A stretch of 64,000 nucleotides of DNA from an uncultured Eubacteriales bacterium (GCA_934446365.1 CAKSDZ010000001.1:257521-321520); one strand, 5' to 3'; shown: positions 27,003 to 36,718, counted from the stretch's first letter. Notes: generated by a model from the letters alone, not told the origin. Numbers and translations are program-made.

Positions 27003-28208
27003 ATGAAAAAAGGAAGTTTGATTTTAAGGCTTTTGGCTGCCGCGCTTGTCGCATGTCTGATTCTGTCGGCGTTTGCGTCATGCGGCTCCGCGAAAACGCT
27101 CATGTCGGTGACAAAGGACGGGAAGACATACACGATATCGACCGACGAGTTTTCTCTGCTGATGAAAATCAAAAAGCTCGATATCTGCTGCTCCATGCTT
27201 GTCACAAGATCGAGAGATACGGCGTCGTATTGGGCCACAAAAACAGATGACGGTGAAACCTATGAGGATTATTATAAAAACCTGATTCTCGAACAGACAA
27301 AATCGATTTTGGTTGAAAAATACCTGTTTGATGCAAACGGCCTTTCCATTTCCTCGGATAAGCTGGCGGGCTATAAGTCCAATATCAAGACACAGAATAC
27401 CTATTATGGCGGAAAGGGCGCTTATAAGCAGTATTTCGGCTATACCGCAGCCGATTATTACAATGTATATATGATGATGGTCGCACGCTCCGAGGCGGTC
27501 GTGGATTTTCTCTTCGGTGAGAACGGTTCACAGAAGCTGACTGCGGAGGATTTGGAAACCTATTATAAGGAAAACTATGTCGGCTACCAGTTCATCATGC
27601 TGGATATGGAAAACAAGGTAAAGCTCGACGAAGAGGGGAACCGCATCATCGCGAAGGAGAAAGATTCCGAAGGCAACGAGGTGGATTCCGATTCCTATGA
27701 GACGGAAGCGCTTACCGATGAGGAAAAGGAAACAAAGCAGACATTGGCCAAGGCGATTCTGGATGAGCTGGCCGAGGGTGCATCCTTTGAGGATATGATC
27801 GCAAAATATTCGGACGCGTATTATTCCGTCGAATTTCCGGAGGGTATGTTTGTTCTCAAAGACGGCACGTTCCTCAGTACCGCAATAACCGAGAAGATCA
27901 AAGACCTAGAAATCGGTGAATATACGGAAGAGGCGATTGAAAGCAATAAGTGTCAGTATATCGTCAAAAGAGTCGAGCTTAAAGATAAGGTCTATGAGGA
28001 CGAGAAATATCTTGAACTTTTTGAGGAATATGAAGATACGGTTAAATATGACAAATATGAAAACTATATAGAGACTTTCTTTGATGATATCACGATAGAT
28101 GAAGCGGTGTCCGCCGAGTATACCGTGGCGGATACGTATCTTTCCAAATATGCGGACCTGTATTATCAGCAGTATTGGTCCAGCATTCTGTCCTCCTCTT
28201 CTTCCTAA
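27003..28208 (+). CDS. PrsA/SurA-like foldase lipoprotein with a degenerate parvulin-type PPIase domain
   Basis: AAGGAG RBS favours the ATG at 27003. Lipobox SAFASC. Parvulin-like stretch ASFEDMIAKYSDAYYS...GEYTEEAIESNKCQYIVKRVE. Its position after mfd is typical for Clostridia. Confidence 0.6.
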   Translation: MKKGSLILRLLAAALVACLILSAFASCGSAKTLMSVTKDGKTYTISTDEFSLLMKIKKLDICCSMLVTRSRDTASYWATKTDDGETYEDYYKNLILEQTKSILVEKYLFDANGLSISSDKLAGYKSNIKTQNTYYGGKGAYKQYFGYTAADYYNVYMMMVARSEAVVDFLFGENGSQKLTAEDLETYYKENYVGYQFIMLDMENKVKLDEEGNRIIAKEKDSEGNEVDSDSYETEALTDEEKETKQTLAKAILDELAEGASFEDMIAKYSDAYYSVEFPEGMFVLKDGTFLSTAITEKIKDLEIGEYTEEAIESNKCQYIVKRVELKDKVYEDEKYLELFEEYEDTVKYDKYENYIETFFDDITIDEAVSAEYTVADTYLSKYADLYYQQYWSSILSSSSS

Positions 28209-28215
28209 ATAGAAC

Positions 28216-29088
28216 GTGTTCGGTTTTGTAAAGCCCTTTATTCCAAGCCTGCGCGTCGGGGAATACGAATTTTATAAAAGTGTGTACTGCGGATTATGCC
28301 GTTCGATGAAAAAGCATACGGGCGGCATTTCCCGCGCAACGCTGAGCTATGATATGACTTTTTTCGCACTGGTTAGGCTTGCGGTTTCGGGAGAGGATTA
28401 TCTGATCAAAAAAAGCAGATGCGCTCTCCATCCGACGAAAAAACGCCCTGTCATGTGCGACAATGACGCGCTTACCTATTCGGCATATGTCAGCGCGCTT
28501 CTCGTTTGGCATAAGCTCCGCGACACGCTGGCGGATGAGAGCGGCTTCAAACGGCTCGGTGCGATGGCGGTGCTGCCGTGTGCCGCCGGAATGAAGCGAA
28601 GCTCCGCGCGCGCCGGTGAGGACGCCGCGGAAATCATTGCAAAGGCGATGGAAGAGCTTGCGGCTTTGGAAAGGGAACACTGTCAGACGCCGGATATGCC
28701 GGCGGATGTCTTTGGGAAGATGCTGGGGGCACTTTTGTCCCGTGGTTTTGAGCGGGATGAGGCGGCCGTCGCTTATGAAATCGGTCTGCATACCGGAAGA
28801 TGGGTATATCTTGCGGATGCGGTATGCGATTATGACGACGACCGGAAAAGCGGCTCCTATAATCCGTTTCTTTATGCATTTTCGGACGAAGCACAGATGC
28901 GGGAATTTAAAAAAGAATCCCTGCGCGGTGTGATGTCCTTGGAGACGGATGCGATCGCAAGGGCGGTCGATCTTGTCGAATTCGGCGATCGGATGCCGCT
29001 TCGGAACTGCATCCAAAATATTATATATGACGGCATGGAAAGCGCGCTTTTCATGACTGTCGGAAAGGAGGAAACGTATGGCGAATGA
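28216..29088 (+). CDS. DUF5685 family protein
   Basis: GTG start (the only in-frame start after an upstream stop). N-terminus MFGFVKPFIPSLRVGEYEFYKSVYCGLCRSM is the characteristic DUF5685 beginning (from memory). Confidence 0.6.
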   Translation: MFGFVKPFIPSLRVGEYEFYKSVYCGLCRSMKKHTGGISRATLSYDMTFFALVRLAVSGEDYLIKKSRCALHPTKKRPVMCDNDALTYSAYVSALLVWHKLRDTLADESGFKRLGAMAVLPCAAGMKRSSARAGEDAAEIIAKAMEELAALEREHCQTPDMPADVFGKMLGALLSRGFERDEAAVAYEIGLHTGRWVYLADAVCDYDDDRKSGSYNPFLYAFSDEAQMREFKKESLRGVMSLETDAIARAVDLVEFGDRMPLRNCIQNIIYDGMESALFMTVGKEETYGE

Positions 29089-29677
29089 TCCTTATAAGGT
29101 GCTTGGAATCGATCGGAATGCAACCGACGAGGAAGTCAAGAAGGCTTATCGCGAGCTTGCGAGGAAATATCACCCGGACAATTACGCCAATACCCCTCTT
29201 TCCGATTTGGCCGGCGAAAAAATGAAGGAAATCAACGAGGCGTACGAGACGATCCAAAAGATGCGGAAAAACGCTTCGGGAGGCGGCTCTTATTACGATG
29301 CGGACAGCGGAGCCGGTTATAGCACGGGCGGCTTCGGCGATATACGCGACTGCATTGCCCAGCAGAATTACTATGAGGCCGACATCAGACTCAATTCCGT
29401 TCCGGCGGGGGATAGAAACGCCGAATGGTATTATCTCAAAGGACTTGTATTTTCCGCTCGCGGCTGGTATTTTGAGGCATCCAAGTATTTTGATGACGCC
29501 TGCCGGATGGACCCATCGAATACGGAATACCGGACTGCCGCGGAAAATATCCGCAATCATACGTCGACGGCGCGGCGTAAACGAGATGACGACGCGGTCT
29601 GCAACATATGCGGCGGACTTCTTTGCGCGGACTGCTGCTGTGAATGCTGCGGCGGCGATTTGATTCCGTGCTGCTGA
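29078..29677 (+). CDS. J-domain protein with TPR-like middle and C-terminal cysteine string
   Basis: AAGGAGG RBS. The start overlaps the upstream gene by 11 nt. DPYKVLGIDRNATDEEVKKAYRELARKYHPD (HPD motif). The last 25 residues, CNICGGLLCADCCCECCGGDLIPCC, hold 10 Cys. Confidence 0.85.
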   Translation: MANDPYKVLGIDRNATDEEVKKAYRELARKYHPDNYANTPLSDLAGEKMKEINEAYETIQKMRKNASGGGSYYDADSGAGYSTGGFGDIRDCIAQQNYYEADIRLNSVPAGDRNAEWYYLKGLVFSARGWYFEASKYFDDACRMDPSNTEYRTAAENIRNHTSTARRKRDDDAVCNICGGLLCADCCCECCGGDLIPCC

Positions 29678-29678
29678 T

Positions 29679-30212
29679 ATGAAAAAAACAAAAAAGATTG
29701 CGATTGCGGCGATTTTGGCGGCATTCGGCGTCGTGATCCTATATCTTGGCGCATTGATCGAAGTGCTCGATCTGTCCGTGGCGCTCCTTGCTTCCTTTTT
29801 AATCCTTTTCTGCATGGTGGAGCTTGGTAAATCTGCTTCACTGGCAGTCTACCTTATCACCGCGCTGCTCTCGCTTTTGCTTTTGCCGAATAAATCGCCT
29901 GCGCTTCTGTATGCTGCGATATTCGGCTATATGCCGATTACGAAGTTTCTGTTTGAGAGAACCTATCGCTGGCTGTCATGGCTTTTGAAGCTTTTGCTTT
30001 TCAATATATCCGCAGTGCTTACCGGTTATTTCGGCTGGAAGCTGCTCGGCTTTACAATGGAAAACCGGTTCGGACTGGATCCCATTTTTGTAGTGCTCAT
30101 CTATCTTGTTTTGGCGAATGCCGCCTTTATCGTCTGTGATATTTTGTATTCGCGGCTGGCCGCTCTTTATTTGAGAAAGTATCGGAACACAATCCGAAAA
30201 TATCTGAAATAA
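29679..30212 (+). CDS. Hypothetical polytopic membrane protein
   Basis: The ATG lies 1 nt after the J-protein TGA (coupled). 177 aa with about 5 TM helices. No firm family assignment. Confidence 0.6.
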   Translation: MKKTKKIAIAAILAAFGVVILYLGALIEVLDLSVALLASFLILFCMVELGKSASLAVYLITALLSLLLLPNKSPALLYAAIFGYMPITKFLFERTYRWLSWLLKLLLFNISAVLTGYFGWKLLGFTMENRFGLDPIFVVLIYLVLANAAFIVCDILYSRLAALYLRKYRNTIRKYLK

Positions 30213-30257
30213 AATCACTCTTTCCGACATATGAATGTTTCGGGAGAGTGATTTTTT

Positions 30258-30704
30258 ATGATGAAACGATTTCTGCTGATTTTACTCGGATTTTCGGTTT
30301 TGCTTGTTTCCTGCGGGACGCCTGTGCAGGAGAAGGGGGACGCCTATCAGGTGGTGGAGAAAATTATGACACATTTTGAGCTTGCCGACGGCGTGCTATA
30401 CAGCGATCGGGAGGACGCCGATTATTTCCTGTCGGATTCCATGCTCGATCGGATGTTTTCCGAAGGCTACGGACTTCCGGAATTTGAATATGTCGTGTCC
30501 TGCGCCGCCTATTTTTCAAGACGCTTTTCCGAGGAGGAGATCGTCGTTTTGAAGCTGTGCGACAAATCCCATAGAGAAGAGCTCATGAAGCTGTGCCGGC
30601 GGCGTGCCGAGAAAAAGGAAAACGCCGTCGTATATGCCGACGGCGTATATGTATATCTGATTTGTACCGATATCAACGATAAGATTTTGGCTTATATCAA
30701 ATAA
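30258..30704 (+). CDS. DUF4358-like small lipoprotein
   Basis: Signal peptide with lipobox LVSCG. 148 aa. Overall pattern recalled as DUF4358. Confidence 0.5.
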   Translation: MMKRFLLILLGFSVLLVSCGTPVQEKGDAYQVVEKIMTHFELADGVLYSDREDADYFLSDSMLDRMFSEGYGLPEFEYVVSCAAYFSRRFSEEEIVVLKLCDKSHREELMKLCRRRAEKKENAVVYADGVYVYLICTDINDKILAYIK

Positions 30705-31893
30705 TGGGTACTTTTCCGCAGAAGCACCGCCGAAAATAGGATACGGCGCCGATCTCGCCGCATACGGCAATCGGAGCGGGCAGAAAAGGAGCGGCTTCCA
30801 GCACAAGGTCGGCGTCGGCCTTGGAATCGAGGCGGACATGGAGAAAGCCGTATTCATCCGCCATTTCCTCGGCGTTATCGAGGAAATCCTCGTCTGCGAT
30901 AAGAGATTCGGGAAGATTATCATGCGGAATCGGACAAATTGCTTTGTTTGTCGATGCCAGAAAATGTGTATCGATTTTATCGGGAGATGAGGGGACGGAT
31001 TCCGTATCGAAACGGTCGATTGTACCGCGCAGCGCGGCGATATGGCGTTCGTCGGTTCCGCAGCAGCCTCCGAGAATGAAAATACCGCTTTCCAGCATTT
31101 CGCCTCCGATCTGTGCGAATCGGTCGGCGGGCATATAGGACGGTGCTCCGTTTTCATCCGGCGTGCCGGCGTTCGGCTTGGCAATCAGCGGAATCCCGAG
31201 CGAGAGGGAGAGCGGAAAGAGCGGCCTTAAAAATTCCAGCATTTCCGCGGGGCCGCTCGAACAGTTGAGTCCGAAAGCGGCGATTCCGAGCGCGGAAAGC
31301 GTGACAAGACACGCTTCCGGCGTGTCGCCGGACATGGTTTTTCCGGATTTTGTGACGGTCATCGTCACAAAAATCGGTTTTTGAGAGCTTTCCCGGATTC
31401 CGATGACGGCGGCTCTGACACAGGCGAGATCCATATTGGTCTCGATTATGAAGAAATCCACAAAGGGTTCAAGCGCCGCGCCCTGCTCGGCATAGACGGA
31501 GACGAGCTCCTCGAAATCCGCATCGCCGACAGGGAAGAGAAAACGCCCGGTCGGGGAGATATCTCCGCCGATAAGACAGCGGCCTTTCGCCGTATTTTCA
31601 GTAAGTCCGGCAAGCGATGCATTGAGACCGGCGGTTCGGTCTCCCAGCGCATACCGTTCCAGCACGGTGCGGTTTGCGCCGAAAGTCGGCGCGAGTACGG
31701 CGTCGGCACCGGCTGCGACATAGCGGTTTTGGAGCGAGACGATTGCTTCCGGATGATCGAGAATCCATGTCTCCGGACATATGCTGGGCGGCATGCCGGC
31801 TTTGATCATTTCGGTTCCGGTGGCGCCGTCGAGCAGCATCGGCAGCCGAAACGGGAAATTTGGATAAAGGGTATTCAGATTATTTTGTTTCAT
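30697..31893 (-). CDS. Homocysteine S-methyltransferase-domain protein with an extra C-terminal region of about 100 aa
   Basis: LLDGATGTEMIKAGM..., AGADAVLAPTFGAN, GLNCSSGP and GGCCGT (zinc-binding Cys) motifs of the Hcy-binding domain. Its 3' end overlaps the convergent gene by 8 nt. Confidence 0.7.
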   Translation of the reverse strand: MKQNNLNTLYPNFPFRLPMLLDGATGTEMIKAGMPPSICPETWILDHPEAIVSLQNRYVAAGADAVLAPTFGANRTVLERYALGDRTAGLNASLAGLTENTAKGRCLIGGDISPTGRFLFPVGDADFEELVSVYAEQGAALEPFVDFFIIETNMDLACVRAAVIGIRESSQKPIFVTMTVTKSGKTMSGDTPEACLVTLSALGIAAFGLNCSSGPAEMLEFLRPLFPLSLSLGIPLIAKPNAGTPDENGAPSYMPADRFAQIGGEMLESGIFILGGCCGTDERHIAALRGTIDRFDTESVPSSPDKIDTHFLASTNKAICPIPHDNLPESLIADEDFLDNAEEMADEYGFLHVRLDSKADADLVLEAAPFLPAPIAVCGEIGAVSYFRRCFCGKVPII

Positions 31894-32105
31894 GGATAAA
31901 TCCTTTCCGGCAGGTTGTTTTTTCGTAATGCATGGGTGTTTAAATGCCGTTTTTCATTTTTATGATTATGATAAGTTGGAAGCCGCGTTTTCCGGCCGAT
32001 TTTATGCTATGGGGATTGCATTTCTTTTTTTCTGCTGATATAATAAATAATAACGTATTTTTGCACTTGCTGCAAGTGTTATTTTGAAAATAAGGGAGAA
32101 AAGAT

Positions 32106-33038
32106 ATGGAGCCTTTGAAGCTTAGTGCCGTTACAAAAAAAATTATTTGGGGCGGGGAAAGACTCGCACGCGAATACGGGAAGGGCACGCCGGGCGAAAA
32201 AATTGCGGAATCGTGGGAGCTTACCGACCGTGCCGACGGAATCAATATCATTCGCGGAGGAAAATTCGACGGCATGCCGCTCTCGGAATATCTTGCGGCA
32301 CATCAGTCTGCCGTTTCCGAAAGCTGGGACGGGGAACGTTTTCCGCTCTTGATTAAGCTGATTGACGCGGAAGCCGATCTTTCGATTCAGGTGCATCCCG
32401 ACGATGAATATGCCGCCGCGCATACGGACGATCTCGGCAAAACCGAGATGTGGTATATTGTGGATGCTGCGCCGGATGCCAAAATCATATACGGACTTAA
32501 AAAACGGTATACGGCAGAGGAGCTGCGTGCCGCGATCGAGGCGGGAACTCTTGAAGAACTTATGAATTACGTGCCCGTAAAGAAGGGGGAAACGTATTTT
32601 ATCCCGTCGGGAATGGTACATGCGATTTGCCGCGGCATTCTGATTGCCGAAATTCAACAAAACTCCAATATTACCTACCGCGTCTACGATTATAACCGCC
32701 GCGGTGCGGACGGAAAGCTGCGCGAGCTTCATGTGGACGACGCGCTGGCAGTCATTGAAAAGATTCCCGATCCGCTTGCGAAGCGGGCACAGACGGATCC
32801 GGTGCACGGTGTTCTTGCGCGGTGCGGTTATTTTTCCGTATATCATTTTGCGGGTGCGTTTTCCATGACAGCGACGGAAAAGAGCTTTGTCCATCTGCTT
32901 TGTCTTGACGGAGCGGCGACGCTCACTTGGGGGGACGGTTCCATGTCCGTTGCCAAGGGTGAAAGCGTGTTTGTTCCGGCAGGACTTGGAGCGTTTGCCG
33001 TTTCGGACGGCGCTGATATTGTTGTGTCCACACTGTGA
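32106..33038 (+). CDS. manA: Class I mannose-6-phosphate isomerase
   Basis: KKIIWGGERL...ESWELTD...LLIKLIDAEADLSIQVHPDD...KTEMWYI...IPSGMVHAI cupin motifs. Confidence 0.88.
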   Translation: MEPLKLSAVTKKIIWGGERLAREYGKGTPGEKIAESWELTDRADGINIIRGGKFDGMPLSEYLAAHQSAVSESWDGERFPLLIKLIDAEADLSIQVHPDDEYAAAHTDDLGKTEMWYIVDAAPDAKIIYGLKKRYTAEELRAAIEAGTLEELMNYVPVKKGETYFIPSGMVHAICRGILIAEIQQNSNITYRVYDYNRRGADGKLRELHVDDALAVIEKIPDPLAKRAQTDPVHGVLARCGYFSVYHFAGAFSMTATEKSFVHLLCLDGAATLTWGDGSMSVAKGESVFVPAGLGAFAVSDGADIVVSTL

Positions 33039-33379
33039 AAAAGCTGTCGATGAAAGCAAGAGCACGATTGGGCACTGTCCTTGCAGCCTTTCTTTTGCTG
33101 ATAAATTTTGGATATTATAAGTCATCGAAAGAAGCTGCATTTTTTGGGGGAATTTGGTTTTTGATTGTCTCGCTATGCCATTATATAGAGCTGCCGACGG
33201 CATCGGGGCCGTTGGATGATAGACTTGCGTTTTTTATGAAAAAGGGTTTAAAGCGTTCGTATCAAAAGCGGGATAATCTGATCGGATATTTTCGCTTGGT
33301 CGGGTTATTGGCACGCGGCGGACTGCTTCTCGGCTTTATTTTCCTTGTGATCGGTATGGTTCTGTTTTATGGGAAATGA
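33035..33379 (+). CDS. Hypothetical small membrane protein
   Basis: GTG at 33035 overlaps the manA stop (alternative ATG at 33050). Three hydrophobic spans. Confidence 0.5.
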   Translation: MKKLSMKARARLGTVLAAFLLLINFGYYKSSKEAAFFGGIWFLIVSLCHYIELPTASGPLDDRLAFFMKKGLKRSYQKRDNLIGYFRLVGLLARGGLLLGFIFLVIGMVLFYGK

Positions 33380-33420
33380 CAAACGATAAGCGGAGAAGTC
33401 TTGCTTTGACTATGTTCCCA

Positions 33421-33460
33421 AATAAGAATCCCGCTGAATTTCAGCGGGATTTTTATTTGG
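33421..33460. terminator. Bidirectional intrinsic terminator
   Basis: AATCCCGCTGA-ATT-TCAGCGGGATT with T-rich tails on both strands, between convergent genes. Confidence 0.85.
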
Positions 33461-34559
33461 GAGTGCATACATATAAATTCACGTCCCATGCGGGAATATA
33501 CGGATGCTTGCGCAGATACAGCCGGTGCTTTGGCAAAAGCTCGTGAATCAGCAGCGGAAGCTCGAAGAGGTCGCGGCTCTTATGGTAAAGTGACACGATT
33601 AGCTCCGTGCTGTTGTTTTGCATAGTGCAAACGGAGCCGAGAAGCGCCTCTCTTTCCGCTCCCTCCACATCGTATTTGATGAGCAGCTTCTCACCGGAAA
33701 AGGAGACGCGCGCGTCAAGGGTGTCACATTCACATTCGTGGATTTTGGCGCCGCTTTTTGTTTTTGTGACGCCGGAGACTCCGCTTAGCGAGGTGTTGCG
33801 TCCCGCACCGTCCGTCAGGGACTTGATTTCATGACGGTTCCATGCGCAAAGAGGGAAGGCCGCCGTTTCCACGCTGTCAAGCCGAGATAAGCAGCCCCTG
33901 AGCTTCGCGAATATTTTGGGGGACGGCTCGAACGCCGCGATTTTATGAACGGACGGGAAATATGTCAGCGTCTCCGTGACGGTATCGCCCTTGTATGCGC
34001 CAAGATCGGCATATGCCGTATAGCTGCCGGAGAGAAGAGAGGTCATCGCCTCGTGCTTCGGTGTATCCGCGAGACGGAGATAGGAGACATCCCCCGACAG
34101 TTTATAGGAGAGCACATCATCAAACACCGCTTTGGATTTTTCGTCCGCGAGCAGCGTTCGCACGCTCTCACATTCCGGTGCGTGGGAAAGATAAAAATCC
34201 GCATCGAAAAGCTCTCCGCCGCAGACGGGAACATCGGGCGCCAAGAGAGCATATCTCTCCGAAAGACGATAAATTTCCGCCATGACCGGTTCCAATGAGG
34301 AGCCGAATGCGAGCAGGATAAGGAAGTTTTTATATTTTTCTTCGATTTCGGCAAGCGTGAGAACGCGCTTTTCGTGGAAGCTGTGCCCGCGGACGAAGCC
34401 GTCGGAGGCGAAGAAATCCGAAACGGCGATTCCTTTTTCGGAAAGCACGTCAAGAATTTTGTCGGCGCCGTTTCCCATACCGTACATGACGATGGGAAGC
34501 GGCGTACTCTCAAGCCGCCGCCAAAGGTTCTTTTCCGCGAGAAGGGCTTTATCAATCAT
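33453..34559 (-). CDS. FkbM-family methyltransferase-like protein
   Basis: 368 aa. N-terminal Rossmann-like MYGMGNGADKILDVL and a C-terminal FkbM-type SAM-methyltransferase pattern (ADLGAYKGDT...FEPSP...). The start overlaps the upstream SGNH gene stop (ATGATTGA). Confidence 0.6.
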   Translation of the reverse strand: MIDKALLAEKNLWRRLESTPLPIVMYGMGNGADKILDVLSEKGIAVSDFFASDGFVRGHSFHEKRVLTLAEIEEKYKNFLILLAFGSSLEPVMAEIYRLSERYALLAPDVPVCGGELFDADFYLSHAPECESVRTLLADEKSKAVFDDVLSYKLSGDVSYLRLADTPKHEAMTSLLSGSYTAYADLGAYKGDTVTETLTYFPSVHKIAAFEPSPKIFAKLRGCLSRLDSVETAAFPLCAWNRHEIKSLTDGAGRNTSLSGVSGVTKTKSGAKIHECECDTLDARVSFSGEKLLIKYDVEGAEREALLGSVCTMQNNSTELIVSLYHKSRDLFELPLLIHELLPKHRLYLRKHPYIPAWDVNLYVCTPK

Positions 34560-35202
34560 CGAAAATCACGCGGAAAGCTGGATGATTGTAAATGCATTTT
34601 GCAATGAGCGCACAGCCGACCGCTTTCGGGTGGACGCGGTCGCCGGAGAGAAGATACGAAGAACCGACGGCGGCGACATACCGGTCGAGCGGCGTCTGAA
34701 TGTCGATATAACCGATACCGTATTCCTCGGCGAGCTTTTTATATCCCGCGTTGATTTCATCGCACATGCGTCTCATGGGATCGGTGCGGTCCGTTTCAAG
34801 GAAATAGGGGGACAGAATGACCGGAACGGCGCCCTGTGCGCGCGTCTTTTCAATCATGGTTCTCATGTTTTCAACGGTTTGCTCAACGGAAATCAGCTCC
34901 TCGCGAAGCGCACCTCCGTCGAAATGGCGCCAAATGTCGTTGACGCCGATCATGATGAAAAGATAGTCGGGATTGTAGGCGAGCACCTCCTCGTCAAAGC
35001 GGTCAAGAAGCATTTTCGAGGTATTGCCGCTGGTGGCGGAATTGAGATATTTGATATGGTGATTCGGCATATCCGCCCATGTATCGACAAAGATTCTCGA
35101 GAGATAGCTGTCCCCGATGCTGCCGAAGCCGTCTCCGATTGGACGCCCCCGATTGCAGTCCGTGATGCTGTCTCCTGTGAACATAACTGCTTTCCATTTC
35201 AT
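34552..35202 (-). CDS. SGNH/GDSL-family hydrolase
   Basis: Internal ATG at 35202 with a GGAGGA RBS. FTGDSITD (block I Ser), SATSGNTS, MIGVNDIW and GDRVHP (block V) motifs. Confidence 0.85.
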   Translation of the reverse strand: MKWKAVMFTGDSITDCNRGRPIGDGFGSIGDSYLSRIFVDTWADMPNHHIKYLNSATSGNTSKMLLDRFDEEVLAYNPDYLFIMIGVNDIWRHFDGGALREELISVEQTVENMRTMIEKTRAQGAVPVILSPYFLETDRTDPMRRMCDEINAGYKKLAEEYGIGYIDIQTPLDRYVAAVGSSYLLSGDRVHPKAVGCALIAKCIYNHPAFRVIFDD

Positions 35203-35414
35203 TTTTGAATCCTCCGAAATTTGTTGATATGATTTGATCAAACGCGTTGTAATAAAAACGACAAAACGGGCGGAGTGCGCCTCTTTATATTTTAAGAAGC
35301 AAGAAGCGCTGTTCCCCTGTATAGCCGGCGCCCTGAAACTATGAGAGCATAATAGCATACTTTTATAGGATTTTCAAGGATATTCCGCAAAAATATGAAA
35401 GCCATATGTAGACT

Positions 35415-35909
35415 TCACGCTTTAACAGAAAAGGCGTTTTTCCGTTTCTCCGGTTTTACCCGTATATTTTCAATCCCATGCAGGAAAATTTTGTTTTTAA
35501 GACCGGCGGAAAACCCGCCGAGTCTGCCGTCCGAGGTGATCACCCGATGGCACGGAACAAGGATCAGCAGCGGATTTTTTCCGACCGCATTCCCGACCGC
35601 GCGCGAGGCGCCGGGCTTTCCGAGCGCCGCCGCGATTTCACGGTAGCTTCTCGTTTCACCGAACGGAACTTTGAGAAGCTCGTCCCATACCGCTTTTTCA
35701 AATGGCGTGCCGTCGGGCGAGAGCGGCAGGGAAAATTCTTGGCGTGTACCGGAGAAATACTCCGAAAGCTGCTTTTTCGCCTCGTATGTAATGGCGTCTC
35801 CGCATTCGCCGCTTTGGCTGCCGTCGAAGAGCGATACCGATTTTAAGCCCGTGCCGTCCGATGCGATTTCAAGTATCCCGATCGGACTTTTCAAATAGGA
35901 ATAAAACAT
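35415..35909 (-). CDS. ogt: Methylated-DNA--protein-cysteine methyltransferase
   Basis: GETRSYREIAAALGKPGASRAVGNAVGKNPLLILVPCHRVI, with the PCHR active site. Confidence 0.93.
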   Translation of the reverse strand: MFYSYLKSPIGILEIASDGTGLKSVSLFDGSQSGECGDAITYEAKKQLSEYFSGTRQEFSLPLSPDGTPFEKAVWDELLKVPFGETRSYREIAAALGKPGASRAVGNAVGKNPLLILVPCHRVITSDGRLGGFSAGLKNKIFLHGIENIRVKPEKRKNAFSVKA

Positions 35910-35926
35910 CTTTTGTCCTCCTCTTC

Positions 35927-36718
35927 TTAGCCGTACATTCTGCCGACGATATAACGGACCAGCCCCGTCGGCAGGATTTTTGACAGAAATATATCAAGCC
36001 GGTAAGACAGACCGATCGTATGCAGCGTTCCCGGCTTTTTGGCAAGCGCAATGCGCGCGATATGTGTACCCGCCGTCTCACACGGCATACCGTGTGTCTC
36101 GTCCTGTTCCATCTTGGCAACGGAACGCCCGATCCGGCCGTGATAAATGTCGTCTCCCGTATGCTCTTTGATTCTCGCTGCGGTAAAGCCTGTCCGAATA
36201 TCGCCCGGCATAACCGCGCAAACGCCGATTCCGAAAGGCTTTACCTCGTCCGCAAGCGCGAGCGTATAAGCGTTTACCGCCGCTTTGGCTGCGGAGTAAT
36301 ATGCCTGAAACGGAATCGGCAGCGATGCCGCTACGGAGCTGACGTTGACGATTCTTCCGCGCCCTGCCTGACGCATATGGGGAAGCACGGCGCGCGTCAC
36401 ATTTACCATGCCGAAAAAATCCACGTCAAAAAGCCGTTTTGCCATTTCCGGCTCGGTGAATTCCACTGCTCCCGAAATCCCATAGCCTGCATTGTTGATG
36501 AGGGTATCGATCCGCCCCGTCTCTTGTATGATACGATCGACGGCCGTCGTGACCGCCGCCTCGTCCGTAACGTCGGCGCCGATATGGACGATACCGTTTT
36601 CCGAATGCTCACGCCTACTGATTTCGTAAACCAAACATCCGCGGTCCAGCAGGGACTTTGCCGCGGCAAGCCCGATGCCGGAGCTGCCGCCCGTAATCAA
36701 AACGACTTTCCGCTCCAT
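35927..36718 (-). CDS. SDR-family oxidoreductase
   Basis: ATG at 36718 with a GGAGGG RBS. VVLITGGSSGIGLA cofactor motif, NNAG and YSAAK catalytic motifs. Confidence 0.88.
   Translation of the reverse strand: MERKVVLITGGSSGIGLAAAKSLLDRGCLVYEISRREHSENGIVHIGADVTDEAAVTTAVDRIIQETGRIDTLINNAGYGISGAVEFTEPEMAKRLFDVDFFGMVNVTRAVLPHMRQAGRGRIVNVSSVAASLPIPFQAYYSAAKAAVNAYTLALADEVKPFGIGVCAVMPGDIRTGFTAARIKEHTGDDIYHGRIGRSVAKMEQDETHGMPCETAGTHIARIALAKKPGTLHTIGLSYRLDIFLSKILPTGLVRYIVGRMYG

Noticed and set aside
30697-30704. 8-nt overlap of the convergent stop regions of the DUF4358-like gene and the homocysteine-methyltransferase-domain gene, with no terminator between them
   Set aside because: Convergent overlaps of a few nucleotides are common in compact genomes. 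I could find no structure or repeat suggesting regulation.
31894-32105. Possible SAM or B12 riboswitch upstream of the homocysteine-methyltransferase-domain gene
   Set aside because: Reading the minus-strand leader, I found none of the conserved SAM-I (GAGGGA...GCAACC) or cobalamin (B12-box) core sequences. The region looks like plain AT-rich promoter DNA shared with manA.
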